Of a stretch of 64,000 bases of DNA, positions 1 to 9,211 are shown piece by piece. The notes under the pieces are model-generated. The model was not told the DNA's origin and searched no databases. It saw only the letters and a list, made by a program, of their open reading frames with translations. Numbering within the stretch: position 1 is the first letter of the stretch; each line of letters starts with the position of its first letter. The position numbers and the translations under genes are program-made. Origin of the DNA: a bacterium (lineage in GTDB: Bacteria > Patescibacteriota > Patescibacteriia > UBA9934 > GWF2-40-263); the NCBI GenBank assembly GCA_020051955.1, contig JAGVQB010000045.1, forward strand, positions 1,356-65,355, given 5' to 3'.

Positions 1-2474
1 TGTTCTTTAATTTTGATCGTTACGATTTGGGCAAAGTTGGTCGCTACAAGTTTAATCTGCGTTTCAATTTGGACTTCAACGATGATTTGGTTGAAAAGGA
101 AGAGAATCGCATCATCGGCGCGGAGGATTTGATTCTGATTATTCGTGAGATCATCCGTTTGAATATCAATCAAGAGGAACCAGATGACGTTGATCACCTT
201 GGCAATCGACGTGTTCGCGCGGTGGGGGAGCTCATCCAGGGGCGATTCCGTGTCGGGCTAGCGCGCATGGAGCGCATTGTGCGCGACCGCATGAGCACAA
301 AAGATATTGAGTCGCTCACGCCAGGCCGTCTTATCAATGCAAGACCAGTGATCGGCGCGGTGCGGGAGTTCTTTATGTCTTCCCAGCTTTCGCAGTTTAT
401 GGATCAGACAAATCCTTTGGCCGAGCTTGAACACAAGCGTCGTCTTTCGGCAATGGGTCCTGGCGGTCTTTCGCGCGAGCGCGCTGGGTTTGAAGTGCGC
501 GACGTGCACCCAACTCACTACGGCCGCATTTGTCCTATCGCCACTCCTGAAGGACCAAACATCGGTCTCATTGGTCACTTGTCCAGCTACGCGGTCATTA
601 ATGATTATGGGTTTATTGAGGCGCCGTATCGAAAAGTCATTAAGGAAGAAAAAGACGGCAAAGTCACTTCGCGCGTAACGGGCGAGATCGAATATATCAA
701 CGCGTTTAAGGAAGAGCGTTCAGTAACAGTGCCAGCGACAACGCCAATCAATGAGGATGGAACATTTAAGGATGAGTTCGTTGGAGCGCGACGATTTGGA
801 GAGCCAAAAATTGTTCCGCAGTCCGAGGTGGATTACATGGACGTGTCTTCAAAACAGATTGTTTCCATTGGCACGGCGCTTATCCCGTTTTTGGAACACG
901 ATGACGCGACTCGCGCGCTCATGGGAACAAACATGCAACGTCAGGCAGTGCCGACAATCAAACCAGACGCGCCGATAATTGGGACTGGTGTTGAGAAGCG
1001 TTCGGCACGTGATTCAGGTCACGTTGTTTTGGCAGATCAGTCAGGCGAGATAACTCGCGTGGAAGGTGATCGCATTCAAATTACAGACAAAGACAAAAAT
1101 CGATTCGATTACGAGCTAAAGAAATTTTTGCGCTCCAACAACTCGACCTCCATTAACCAGCGACCTGTTGTCGCTCGTGGGCAAAAGGTAAAAGTGGGAG
1201 ACGTCATCGCGGACTCATCCGCGGTTGATCAAGGCGAGCTCGCGCTTGGGCAAAATTGTTTGGTCGCTTTCATGGCTTGGGATGGATACAACTTTGATGA
1301 CGCGGTCATTTTGTCTGAACGACTTGTTCATGATGATCGGTTCACTTCCGTCCACATCGAGCATTACACAATTGACGTGCGTGACACAAAACTTGGTCCA
1401 GAGGTAATGACAAGCGATATCCCAAACGTGTCGGAAGAGAAGCTAATGAATCTGGACATGGAAGGGATTATTCGCGTGGGAGCCGAAGTAAAGAGCGGGG
1501 ACATTTTGGTCGGAAAGATTACGCCAAAGGGCGAGACTGAACTTTCAGCTGAAGAAAAATTGTTGCGCGCGATATTCGGCGAGAAGGCGCGCGATGTGCG
1601 CGACTCTTCCTTGTATTTGGAACACGGAGAGCACGGCAAGGTGGTGGCAGTTACGATTTTTTCGCGCGAGGAAGGCGATAAACTTTCACCTGGCGTTATT
1701 AAGTCCATACAGGTGACCATCGCGGATCTGCGAAAGATTCAGGTTGGTGATAAGGTCGCGGGTCGCCACGGAAACAAGGGAGTTATTTCGAAGGTGGTTC
1801 CACTCGCGGACATGCCGTTCTTGGAAGACGGAACGCCTGTTGACATCATTCTCACACCGCTTGGTATTGTTTCGCGCATGAACCTCGGACAGATTCTTGA
1901 GGTGCACATGGGGTTGGCGGCCAACGCGTTGGGATACAACGTCACAACGCCTGTGTTGAACGGTGTTTCAGAAGCAACAATTCACTCTGAACTTGAGCGC
2001 GCGGGGTTCCCAGCGTCTGGTCAGCTTACTCTTTTCGACGGACGTTCTGGCGACGCGTTTGAGAATAAGATCACAGTAGGATACATGTACATGCTGAAAC
2101 TTTCACACATGGTGGAAGACAAGATGCACCAACGATCCATTGGTCCTTACTCCCTTATCACACAGCAACCTCTGGGCGGCAAGGCACAGTTCGGGGGACA
2201 GCGTTTTGGAGAAATGGAAGTCTGGGCGCTGGAAGCATACGGCGCTTCACACACGCTTCAAGAAATCCTTACGATCAAATCAGATGACATCACCGGGCGC
2301 TCGAAGGCGTACGAGTCAATTATAAAAGGAGAGCGCATAAGAAAAGTAAACATTCCAGAATCATTCAATGTGCTTGTGCGCGAATTGAAAGGTTTGTGTA
2401 TGGACGTGGAACTTCTCAAGGACGGAGCAAAGGTCGAGCTCCCGGGTGAAAAGAAGACGAAGGTTGGGAAATAA
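1..2474 (+). CDS. rpoB: DNA-directed RNA polymerase subunit beta, C-terminal ~815 aa (5' end lies upstream of the window)
   Basis: The ORF is open from the window edge. It carries conserved beta-subunit motifs ([42 protein letters not shown]) and is followed 25 nt later by rpoC. Confidence 0.95.
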   Translation, partial: FFNFDRYDLGKVGRYKFNLRFNLDFNDDLVEKEENRIIGAEDLILIIREIIRLNINQEEPDDVDHLGNRRVRAVGELIQGRFRVGLARMERIVRDRMSTKDIESLTPGRLINARPVIGAVREFFMSSQLSQFMDQTNPLAELEHKRRLSAMGPGGLSRERAGFEVRDVHPTHYGRICPIATPEGPNIGLIGHLSSYAVINDYGFIEAPYRKVIKEEKDGKVTSRVTGEIEYINAFKEERSVTVPATTPINEDGTFKDEFVGARRFGEPKIVPQSEVDYMDVSSKQIVSIGTALIPFLEHDDATRALMGTNMQRQAVPTIKPDAPIIGTGVEKRSARDSGHVVLADQSGEITRVEGDRIQITDKDKNRFDYELKKFLRSNNSTSINQRPVVARGQKVKVGDVIADSSAVDQGELALGQNCLVAFMAWDGYNFDDAVILSERLVHDDRFTSVHIEHYTIDVRDTKLGPEVMTSDIPNVSEEKLMNLDMEGIIRVGAEVKSGDILVGKITPKGETELSAEEKLLRAIFGEKARDVRDSSLYLEHGEHGKVVAVTIFSREEGDKLSPGVIKSIQVTIADLRKIQVGDKVAGRHGNKGVISKVVPLADMPFLEDGTPVDIILTPLGIVSRMNLGQILEVHMGLAANALGYNVTTPVLNGVSEATIHSELERAGFPASGQLTLFDGRSGDAFENKITVGYMYMLKLSHMVEDKMHQRSIGPYSLITQQPLGGKAQFGGQRFGEMEVWALEAYGASHTLQEILTIKSDDITGRSKAYESIIKGERIRKVNIPESFNVLVRELKGLCMDVELLKDGAKVELPGEKKTKVGK

Positions 2475-2498
2475 TTTGAGAGGTCTCAAAACACATAT

Positions 2499-5400
2499 AT
2501 GTTTAAACGCCAAGATTCACTTAAATCGACTGACTTTGACTCCATTCGCCTGCGCCTTGCCTCTCCAGAGGCGATGCGTTCATGGTCTTTTGGTGAGGTG
2601 AGCAAGCCCGAGACGATAAACTATCGTACGCAGAAGCCTGAAAAGCAGGGCTTGTTTGCCGAGGAAATTTTTGGACCATCCAAAGATTGGGAATGTTACT
2701 GCGGAAAATATAAGAAGATACGTTACAAAGGAATCATCTGTGATAAGTGTGGCGTGGAAGTAACCCAGGCGGTTGTGCGACGCGAACGCATGGGGCACAT
2801 CGAACTCGCGGCTCCGATTACGCACATTTGGTTTTTGCGCGGAGTGCCATCCAAGATTGGAACTATCCTCGACCTCTCAATTCAAAACTTGGAGAAGATT
2901 ATTTATTTCGCGAGCTTCCTCGTAACCGACGTTAACGAAGTCGCGAAGGAACAGACCGTGGAGCAGGTGAATGCCGAACGCAAGAGCAAAGAGAAAATGA
3001 TCGAAGGTGAGTTCAAGCGCGACACTGGGCGTCTGGAACAAAAGTTTGGTGAAGATAAGAAAGCGATTGAGAAAGAAACAAAACGTCTTGTGGAGATTCG
3101 CGACACTAAACTCGCGGAGCTTGAGGAAGATTTTGACTCGGTCATTGAAGATCTCAAAAGCATGAAGGTAATGTCAATCATTTCCGAGCAGACGTATCAC
3201 GAGTGGTCGCTCAAGTACGGTCATGTGTTTGAGGCGAATATTGGGGCAGAGGCGGTTAAGGAGATGCTTTTGCGTATCAATGTGGATGAGACCATGAAAG
3301 TTTTGGGAGAAGAATTAAAGGGCGCGACCAAGACAAAGCATAATCGAATCTTGCGCCGTCTAAAATTGTTGAAGTCTTTTTCAATCAACCAGATCAAACC
3401 GTCATGGATGGTATTGGACGTGTTGCCAGTGATACCTCCAGACCTGCGTCCAATGGTGCCGCTTGATGGTGGGCGATTTGCAACATCCGATCTTAACGAT
3501 TTGTATCGTCGTGTCATCAACCGCAATAACCGACTGAAGCGGTTGTTCGAGCTTAGCGCTCCTGAAGTAATTTCTCGCAACGAGAAGCGTATGTTGCAAG
3601 AAGCCGTTGACTCGCTCATTGATAACAGCGCGCGTCACAGCAAGACCGTTATCGCGGCAACTGGAAAGAAGCGCCAGTTGAAGAGTTTGGCCGACCAGCT
3701 CAAAGGAAAGCAGGGACGTTTCCGACAGAACTTGTTGGGTAAGCGCATTGACTACTCTGGTCGCTCCGTGATTGTTGTGGGTCCGCACCTTCATTTGGAT
3801 CAGTGCGGTATTCCAAAAAAGATGGCGTTGGAACTTTTCAAGCCGTTTGTTATTTCAAAATTGATCGCGCGCGAATATGTTCACAACATACGCAGCGCTA
3901 ATCGGTTCATCGAAAGCGATCGTCCAGAGACGTGGGATATTTTGGAAGAGGTTACAAGCGACGCGTTTGTCCTTCTCAACCGCGCTCCAACTCTGCACCG
4001 TCTGGGTATCCAGGCGTTCCGTCCTCTCCTTATCGAGGGCAAGGCCATTCAAGTTCACCCACTTGTGTGTGATGCTTACAACGCGGACTTTGATGGCGAC
4101 CAGATGGCAGTACACGTTCCACTAACAGAAGAAGCTCGCGCAGAGGCGCGCGAATTGATGCTCGCGACCAAGAACTTGCTCAAGCCTTCCTTTGGAGGGC
4201 CTGTCGCGACGCCTGGAAAAGATATTGCCTGGGGTATCTTCTATCTGACAATGGAACCAACACCTCAACCAGAAAAACGCGAGGAGCTTCCAATTTTTGC
4301 TTCAGAGACTGACGCGCTCTACGCGGTTCAAAATGAGCGACTCTTACTGCGCGATTGGATTTTGGTGCGGCTGAAGAACGGCGACATAATCGTGACAACT
4401 CCTGGCCGCGTTCTTGTCAACCAACAGTTCCCAAAGGAGGTTCCATTCATGAACCAGACAATGGGCAAGAAGGAGCTGTCGGCGATCGTGAAATATTATT
4501 TGGAGTTACACGGATCTGAAAAGACCGCGGAGTTTCTCGATCGTTTGAAAGAGATTGGGTTCAAATATTCCACTCGCGCGGGGTACTCTTGGGGGATGGC
4601 GAACCTGCCAGATATTCCAGCCAAGAAAGCGTTGATCGAAGAAGGCGACACGCGCGTACGCGAGGTTGAAGATTATTTTGCCCAAGGGCTTCTCACTGGT
4701 TCCGAGCGTCACTCGTCAATCATCAAAGTCTGGAACGAGATTAAGGATCGTATCGCGGCCGAAGCGAAGAAAGTGCTTCCAAAAGATAACCCCGCCTATA
4801 CAATGATTGAATCAGGCGCACGTGGTTCATGGGGTCAGATGACGCAGATGGTTGGTATGAAGGGGCTTGTGGCAAACCCATCAGGAGACATTATCGAACT
4901 ACCAGTCAAATCATCTTTCAAAGAGGGCTATGACGTGTTGGAGTTTTTTATCTCAAGCCATGGAGTGCGCAAAGGTTTGACTGACACTGCTCTGCGTACC
5001 GCGAACGCTGGTTACCTCACGCGCCGTTTGGTTGATGTTGCGCAGGACGTGATTGTACGTGAGGATGATTGCGGGGATGACAAGGGTGTGGTGCTGACGC
5101 GCAAGGAATCTGAGGAGATTGGCGAGCCGCTGAACATTCGTATCCTTGGTCGCTACACACTCTCTGACATAAAAAAGCCAGGCGGTCGCAAAGTTATCGT
5201 TAAGGCAGGCGAGATGATTACAGAGGAACACATTCGTGATATTGAAGCGGCTGGTGTTCCGCTTGAAGAGGTCCACGTGCGATCTGTTATGACCTGTCAC
5301 TTGCGTCGCGGAGTGTGTCAGAAATGTTACGGTTATGATCTCGCGTACAACAAGCTGGTGAAACTTGGAACCTCGGTGGGAATTATGGCGGCTCAATCAA

Positions 5401-6518
5401 TTGGAGAGCCTGGAACACAGCTCACGATGCGCACATTCCACACGGGAGGTGTCGCTGGAAAAGATATCACACAAGGTCTGCCACGCGTTGAAGAATTGTT
5501 TGAGGCGCGCAATCCAAAACAGAAAGCGATAATGTCAGAGGTGTCTGGAAAGGCGAAAGTTGAAACAGCGTCTCGCGAGATCGTTCAGGCTGGAACTGGC
5601 AAGCAGATTTTTGACTCGCGCCCTGGGCAGAAAACCGTCGCGATTACATACGAAGGCGTTGAGGAAGAATTGTTCTCGTATGGAAAGGGTGGGGAAGCGG
5701 TAGTGAAAGATGGCGATAAAGTTAAGCTGGGCGCTGTACTGGCGCGCAAGAGCAACGGCAAGGAGGTGCTTGCTCCAGGCCCTGGAGTTGTCGCGCTCAA
5801 CAAGCCAGGATCCGTGACGCTCATCCGCGAGCAAACAAAAGTGCGTGAGTATATCATCCCGCCAGGGGTTACTCTTTACGTGAAGGATGGCGATGAAGTG
5901 GTTGCTGGTGACGCGCTGACAGACGGCAACCTCGATCTGCAAGTCCTGTTCAAGTTTAAGGGGCAGGACGCGGTGCAGAAATATCTTTCAAAGGAAATTC
6001 AGTTTATCTATTCAAGCCAAGGACAGAAACTTAACAACAAGCACATCGAGATAATCATTCGTCAGATGTTCTCGCGCGTGCGCGTGCTCGACCCTGGAGA
6101 CACTGATTTGTTGCCAGGCGAGATTATTGAGAAGGCGTCGTTTGAGGACGCCAATGATGCACTTGCGAAGGGAAGAAAGGCGGACGCGAAACAATTGTTC
6201 CTGGGTATCACGAAGATTTCGCTCTCAACCGATTCGTGGCTTTCAAGCGCGTCCTTCCAAGAGACGGCGCGCGTGCTCATTAACGCGGCTGTTACAGGAA
6301 AGATAGACAAGTTGGAAGGTTTGAAGGAAAACGTGATCATCGGTCGTTTGATCCCAGCGGGAACTGGTTTCCGCGGTATGGCAAAGGAACTCATAGGTGA
6401 CATGGAAGCAGTGCACGCGGCTCGTGAAACCAGTCGTGAACTGGCTGGCGAGGTCGATCAGGCGTTCGCGGAGAATCGCGTTGTGACAGCGGAGGCAAAA
6501 GAGAAGATAGAGGAATAA
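2499..6518 (+). CDS. rpoC: DNA-directed RNA polymerase subunit beta' (1339 aa)
   Basis: ATG at 2499 with GAGAGG upstream. Contains the zinc finger CYCGKYKKIRYKGIICDKCGVEV, NADFDGDQMAVHVP and the C-terminal clamp motifs. This is the classic rpoB-rpoC tandem. Confidence 0.97.
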   Translation: MFKRQDSLKSTDFDSIRLRLASPEAMRSWSFGEVSKPETINYRTQKPEKQGLFAEEIFGPSKDWECYCGKYKKIRYKGIICDKCGVEVTQAVVRRERMGHIELAAPITHIWFLRGVPSKIGTILDLSIQNLEKIIYFASFLVTDVNEVAKEQTVEQVNAERKSKEKMIEGEFKRDTGRLEQKFGEDKKAIEKETKRLVEIRDTKLAELEEDFDSVIEDLKSMKVMSIISEQTYHEWSLKYGHVFEANIGAEAVKEMLLRINVDETMKVLGEELKGATKTKHNRILRRLKLLKSFSINQIKPSWMVLDVLPVIPPDLRPMVPLDGGRFATSDLNDLYRRVINRNNRLKRLFELSAPEVISRNEKRMLQEAVDSLIDNSARHSKTVIAATGKKRQLKSLADQLKGKQGRFRQNLLGKRIDYSGRSVIVVGPHLHLDQCGIPKKMALELFKPFVISKLIAREYVHNIRSANRFIESDRPETWDILEEVTSDAFVLLNRAPTLHRLGIQAFRPLLIEGKAIQVHPLVCDAYNADFDGDQMAVHVPLTEEARAEARELMLATKNLLKPSFGGPVATPGKDIAWGIFYLTMEPTPQPEKREELPIFASETDALYAVQNERLLLRDWILVRLKNGDIIVTTPGRVLVNQQFPKEVPFMNQTMGKKELSAIVKYYLELHGSEKTAEFLDRLKEIGFKYSTRAGYSWGMANLPDIPAKKALIEEGDTRVREVEDYFAQGLLTGSERHSSIIKVWNEIKDRIAAEAKKVLPKDNPAYTMIESGARGSWGQMTQMVGMKGLVANPSGDIIELPVKSSFKEGYDVLEFFISSHGVRKGLTDTALRTANAGYLTRRLVDVAQDVIVREDDCGDDKGVVLTRKESEEIGEPLNIRILGRYTLSDIKKPGGRKVIVKAGEMITEEHIRDIEAAGVPLEEVHVRSVMTCHLRRGVCQKCYGYDLAYNKLVKLGTSVGIMAAQSIGEPGTQLTMRTFHTGGVAGKDITQGLPRVEELFEARNPKQKAIMSEVSGKAKVETASREIVQAGTGKQIFDSRPGQKTVAITYEGVEEELFSYGKGGEAVVKDGDKVKLGAVLARKSNGKEVLAPGPGVVALNKPGSVTLIREQTKVREYIIPPGVTLYVKDGDEVVAGDALTDGNLDLQVLFKFKGQDAVQKYLSKEIQFIYSSQGQKLNNKHIEIIIRQMFSRVRVLDPGDTDLLPGEIIEKASFEDANDALAKGRKADAKQLFLGITKISLSTDSWLSSASFQETARVLINAAVTGKIDKLEGLKENVIIGRLIPAGTGFRGMAKELIGDMEAVHAARETSRELAGEVDQAFAENRVVTAEAKEKIEE

Positions 6519-6525
6519 GGAATAA

Positions 6526-6557
6526 GAAAAACCGTCGGGGTTACCTCGGCGGTTTTT
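6526..6557 (+). terminator. rho-independent terminator of rpoC
   Basis: Sequence AAAAACCGTCGGGGTTACCTCGGCGGTTTTT: an 8 bp stem with G-U wobbles, then a T-run, 8 nt after the rpoC stop. Confidence 0.6.
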
Positions 6558-6653
6558 GGTATCGCCGGTTGACTTTTGGCCTGGAATATAATAAATTTGC
6601 GCACTTCGTATGTGTTGTGGTCGAATTGCCGCCATTCGTTCCACCAAAAAAAC

Positions 6654-6727
6654 ACACGACAATTATTCTCACGATCGACGAAATAATTGTCAGGGAGATT
6701 TTTGCGCGTATAAGTGACGATCGGGTT
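6654..6727. repeat. left copy of a ~73 bp direct repeat flanking the AbiE cassette; contains 10 bp inverted repeat GACAATTATT/AATAATTGTC
   Basis: ACACGACAATTATTCTCACGATCGACGAAATAATTGTCAGGGAGATTT... recurs at 8115-8188 with about 85 % identity. The ORF track shows the same peptide, IFLTIDEIIVREI, at both sites. Confidence 0.7.
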
Positions 6728-6733
6728 TTGTAT

Positions 6734-7429
6734 TTATTTTTCGCTTTCTAACCAAGCTTTTAATAAAAAGATTGTCTCCGTTCGAAGCTTTGCTCGCGCC
6801 CAGTCTTTCCGCGGTTCGTTCAGCATCTCTCCGAGACCATCGAGGATGTGACGATTATCCATTTTTTCCAAAAGCTCTGTGCACTTAGCTAAAACTTCTT
6901 TAAACGGCATCTTTGCACGGCTCTCAACTAATTTTCTATTTATTGGCCAATTATTCTTCGCGAAAAAATACACATCGTAAACATCACGGCTCGTTTTTCC
7001 GATCCGCTCATACATCGCCATTAGTTTGTTGGCGAACATGTCCTCCTTGACCATTACTTGCATTGAGATACCAAGCAAAGTTTTTAATTCATACTTAGAA
7101 CCAAAATCCCTGCGGTTAACCTCAATCTTGATATTTTGAGATTTCAAATCGTATGAGATAACCGTGACGAGGTTGAATCGTTTGATTCTTGAATCAACAA
7201 CCTTGCCATAACTCATAGCTATTTTTTGTATTTTCTCAAATACTTCCTGCTTTTTATTTTCGTTTAAAAGGTCAAGATCGATACCAACTGAATTACGGGT
7301 CAAGTCATAAAACATTAAGGCGGCTGTGCCACCCTTAAACCCCAAATAGGGAGACAGCGAGGTATCAGAAAAAATATCTTTCAAGATTTGTAATAAGATA
7401 TTTTTGTGTTTCGGATAGTCTAATGTCAT
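6734..7429 (-). CDS. abiEii: nucleotidyltransferase AbiEii/AbiGii-family toxin (type IV TA system), 231 aa
   Basis: LGFKGGTAALMFYDLTRNSVGIDLDL matches the GGTAL...DLD nucleotidyltransferase signature of DUF1814/AbiEii. Size fits, and it sits directly downstream of an AbiEi-like gene. Local GC is about 32 %. Confidence 0.8.
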   Translation of the reverse strand: MTLDYPKHKNILLQILKDIFSDTSLSPYLGFKGGTAALMFYDLTRNSVGIDLDLLNENKKQEVFEKIQKIAMSYGKVVDSRIKRFNLVTVISYDLKSQNIKIEVNRRDFGSKYELKTLLGISMQVMVKEDMFANKLMAMYERIGKTSRDVYDVYFFAKNNWPINRKLVESRAKMPFKEVLAKCTELLEKMDNRHILDGLGEMLNEPRKDWARAKLRTETIFLLKAWLESEK

Positions 7430-7434
7430 ATGGT

Positions 7435-8031
7435 TTAATTATTGTCTTTGTAGTGTTTAAAATATTCTGCAACTTTTTTCCCCATCCTCTTATTGCGATA
7501 TATCGGCAAAATTTCAAAAACCTTGTCCCAATCCAAAACGTCCAAGTGATCGAAGTGATAATCCTTGCTGATATATATCCGATCCAAAAACGCTCGCTCT
7601 TTTGTCGCAGTAGAAATATCGTTTGTATGTTCAATCCCGATTGTATTGCTCAAAACATAATCTTTCATTCTTATAAAAGATATTTTTTGTCCGTCTGCTT
7701 CAATTTCCCTGGTAACATAAGAAGCAACAAAAATATTTTCATAGTACTGGAAGTTTATTCCTGTCCGAGTTAATACCGTTTCAAAACTGATGTATGAAGG
7801 CGTGTAGATTCGAGTAGCTAACTCAAAACGATCGTAGTTATTATCTTTGGCATAAATGCCACGATGGACTCTGATCAATTTTCCTCTTTTTACGTAATTG
7901 CTCAATCTCACCCGGACCTTTGCTTCTCCTTGTTCGCCCCACAACAAAGCAATGTCTTTGGTAGAAAAGACAGTTTTGGGAGATCTTAACAAGGATTCGA
8001 TGTATTGACCTTTTGTGGGTTTATTATCCAT
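7435..8031 (-). CDS. abiEi: AbiEi-family antitoxin / transcriptional regulator (198 aa)
   Basis: The C-terminal half (RVHRGIYAKDN...YTPSYISFETVLTRTGI) resembles the AbiEi antitoxin domain. There is a 5 nt gap to abiEii on the same strand, the canonical AbiEi-AbiEii operon order. Confidence 0.72.
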   Translation of the reverse strand: MDNKPTKGQYIESLLRSPKTVFSTKDIALLWGEQGEAKVRVRLSNYVKRGKLIRVHRGIYAKDNNYDRFELATRIYTPSYISFETVLTRTGINFQYYENIFVASYVTREIEADGQKISFIRMKDYVLSNTIGIEHTNDISTATKERAFLDRIYISKDYHFDHLDVLDWDKVFEILPIYRNKRMGKKVAEYFKHYKDNN

Positions 8032-8114
8032 ATGTTTACTGTTAGTAACCTTAAAGCTTACTTGCAGTGCAATTATATGCGACTATTGGAAAATAACAAG
8101 GTGGTGGAGCATAT

Positions 8115-8188
8115 ACACGACAATTTTTCTCACGATCGACGAAATTATTGTCAGGGAGATTTCCGTGACACATAAGGGACGATCGGAC
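8115..8188. repeat. right copy of the ~73 bp direct repeat flanking the AbiE cassette
   Basis: ACACGACAATTTTTCTCACGATCGACGAAATTATTGTCAGGGAGATTTCC...GACGATCGG; see the left copy at 6654-6727. Confidence 0.7.
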
Positions 8189-8385
8189 CTTGTGTGTCCA
8201 GGACAGTAGAACATACTCAACGATTGAAATATCAGGAAGCCCTGGAGAGGTTGGGTTCTTTTTGTTATGATCTTGAGGCTATGGCACGTCATTCTCACTA
8301 TTAAATCTGGCACGCAGGATATCCAACAAACCGATGACGCGATTGAGGCATAGGATGACGTGGGCACGGTTTATATAAACGAACT

Positions 8386-8865
8386 ATGGAAGGACGAATA
8401 ATCATGGGACTGGATCCAGGGTATGGTCGAATGGGCTTTGGCGTGATTTTTGTTGAGGGAACGAAACTCGAGCTGGTTGACTATGGTGTGTCCACGACGC
8501 TTTCTGGGGACACGATTGAGAATCGGCTTCTAAGTATCGCCAACGATTTGCATGATTTGTTCGCGCATCATCAGCCAGACGTTGTCGCGATTGAAAAGTT
8601 TTTTTTCGGCAAGAGCGCTTCAACCGCGATGAACGTCGCGCAAGCTCGAGGTGTCGCGTTGCTCATGGCAGCGCAATCAGGCACGCCTGTTTTTGAGTTT
8701 ACCCCAGCGCAGGTCAAGAAGGCATTGACAGGGGATGGCACTGCTGGCAAGGCCGCGATGCAGAGGATGGTAAAGGAATTACTTCATCTTCCTCATGTTC
8801 CAAAACCAGATGACGCCTCTGATGCTATCGCTGTTGCTATAACGGCGAGTACTAAGAGGTGGTAA
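8386..8865 (+). CDS. ruvC: crossover junction endodeoxyribonuclease RuvC (Holliday junction resolvase)
   Basis: RIIMGLDPGYGRMGFGVI (N-terminal catalytic Asp), VAIEKFFFGKSASTAMNVAQARGV and DASDAIAVAI. The start may instead be the ATG at 8401. Confidence 0.9.
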   Translation: MEGRIIMGLDPGYGRMGFGVIFVEGTKLELVDYGVSTTLSGDTIENRLLSIANDLHDLFAHHQPDVVAIEKFFFGKSASTAMNVAQARGVALLMAAQSGTPVFEFTPAQVKKALTGDGTAGKAAMQRMVKELLHLPHVPKPDDASDAIAVAITASTKRW

Positions 8866-8902
8866 AATGGTAACAAACTAAATATTGCTTGATTTAAAAA
8901 AT

Positions 8903-9202
8903 ATGATTGCTCCACTTAAGATATTTATTGACCGTTTAATTGAGGAAAAAGATCTTTTAGCTCTTGAACCAGAAGTGCTAAAACAGGTAAAAGCTGATCT
9001 TTCAGAACGTCTTGAGGATCGTATTAATGCGGCTGTTCTTAAGCATCTTCCACCCGACAAGCTTTCCGCGTTTGAAAAATTGCTTGATACTAAAGCGTCA
9101 GATGAGGAGATACAGAGGTTTTGTCGTGAGCAGATTCCGAATCTCGACGAAGTGATCGCGTCAACGCTCGTGGAGTTTCAGCTGACATACCTTCAAGTTT
9201 AA
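8903..9202 (+). CDS. small helical hypothetical protein (~99 aa), immediately upstream of the giant ORF
   Basis: ORF of about 105 aa with a coherent helical, charged composition. Start chosen at the ATG at 8903 (track starts at TTG 8885). No Shine-Dalgarno sequence and no recognisable family. Confidence 0.4.
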   Translation: MIAPLKIFIDRLIEEKDLLALEPEVLKQVKADLSERLEDRINAAVLKHLPPDKLSAFEKLLDTKASDEEIQRFCREQIPNLDEVIASTLVEFQLTYLQV

Positions 9203-9211
9203 TTATTCTGT

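Noticed and set aside
8402-8623. 73-aa minus-strand ORF inside ruvC and other antisense ORFs inside rpoB, rpoC, ftsH and gyrA
   Set aside because: They are embedded antisense within strongly supported conserved genes, with no start or Shine-Dalgarno support.
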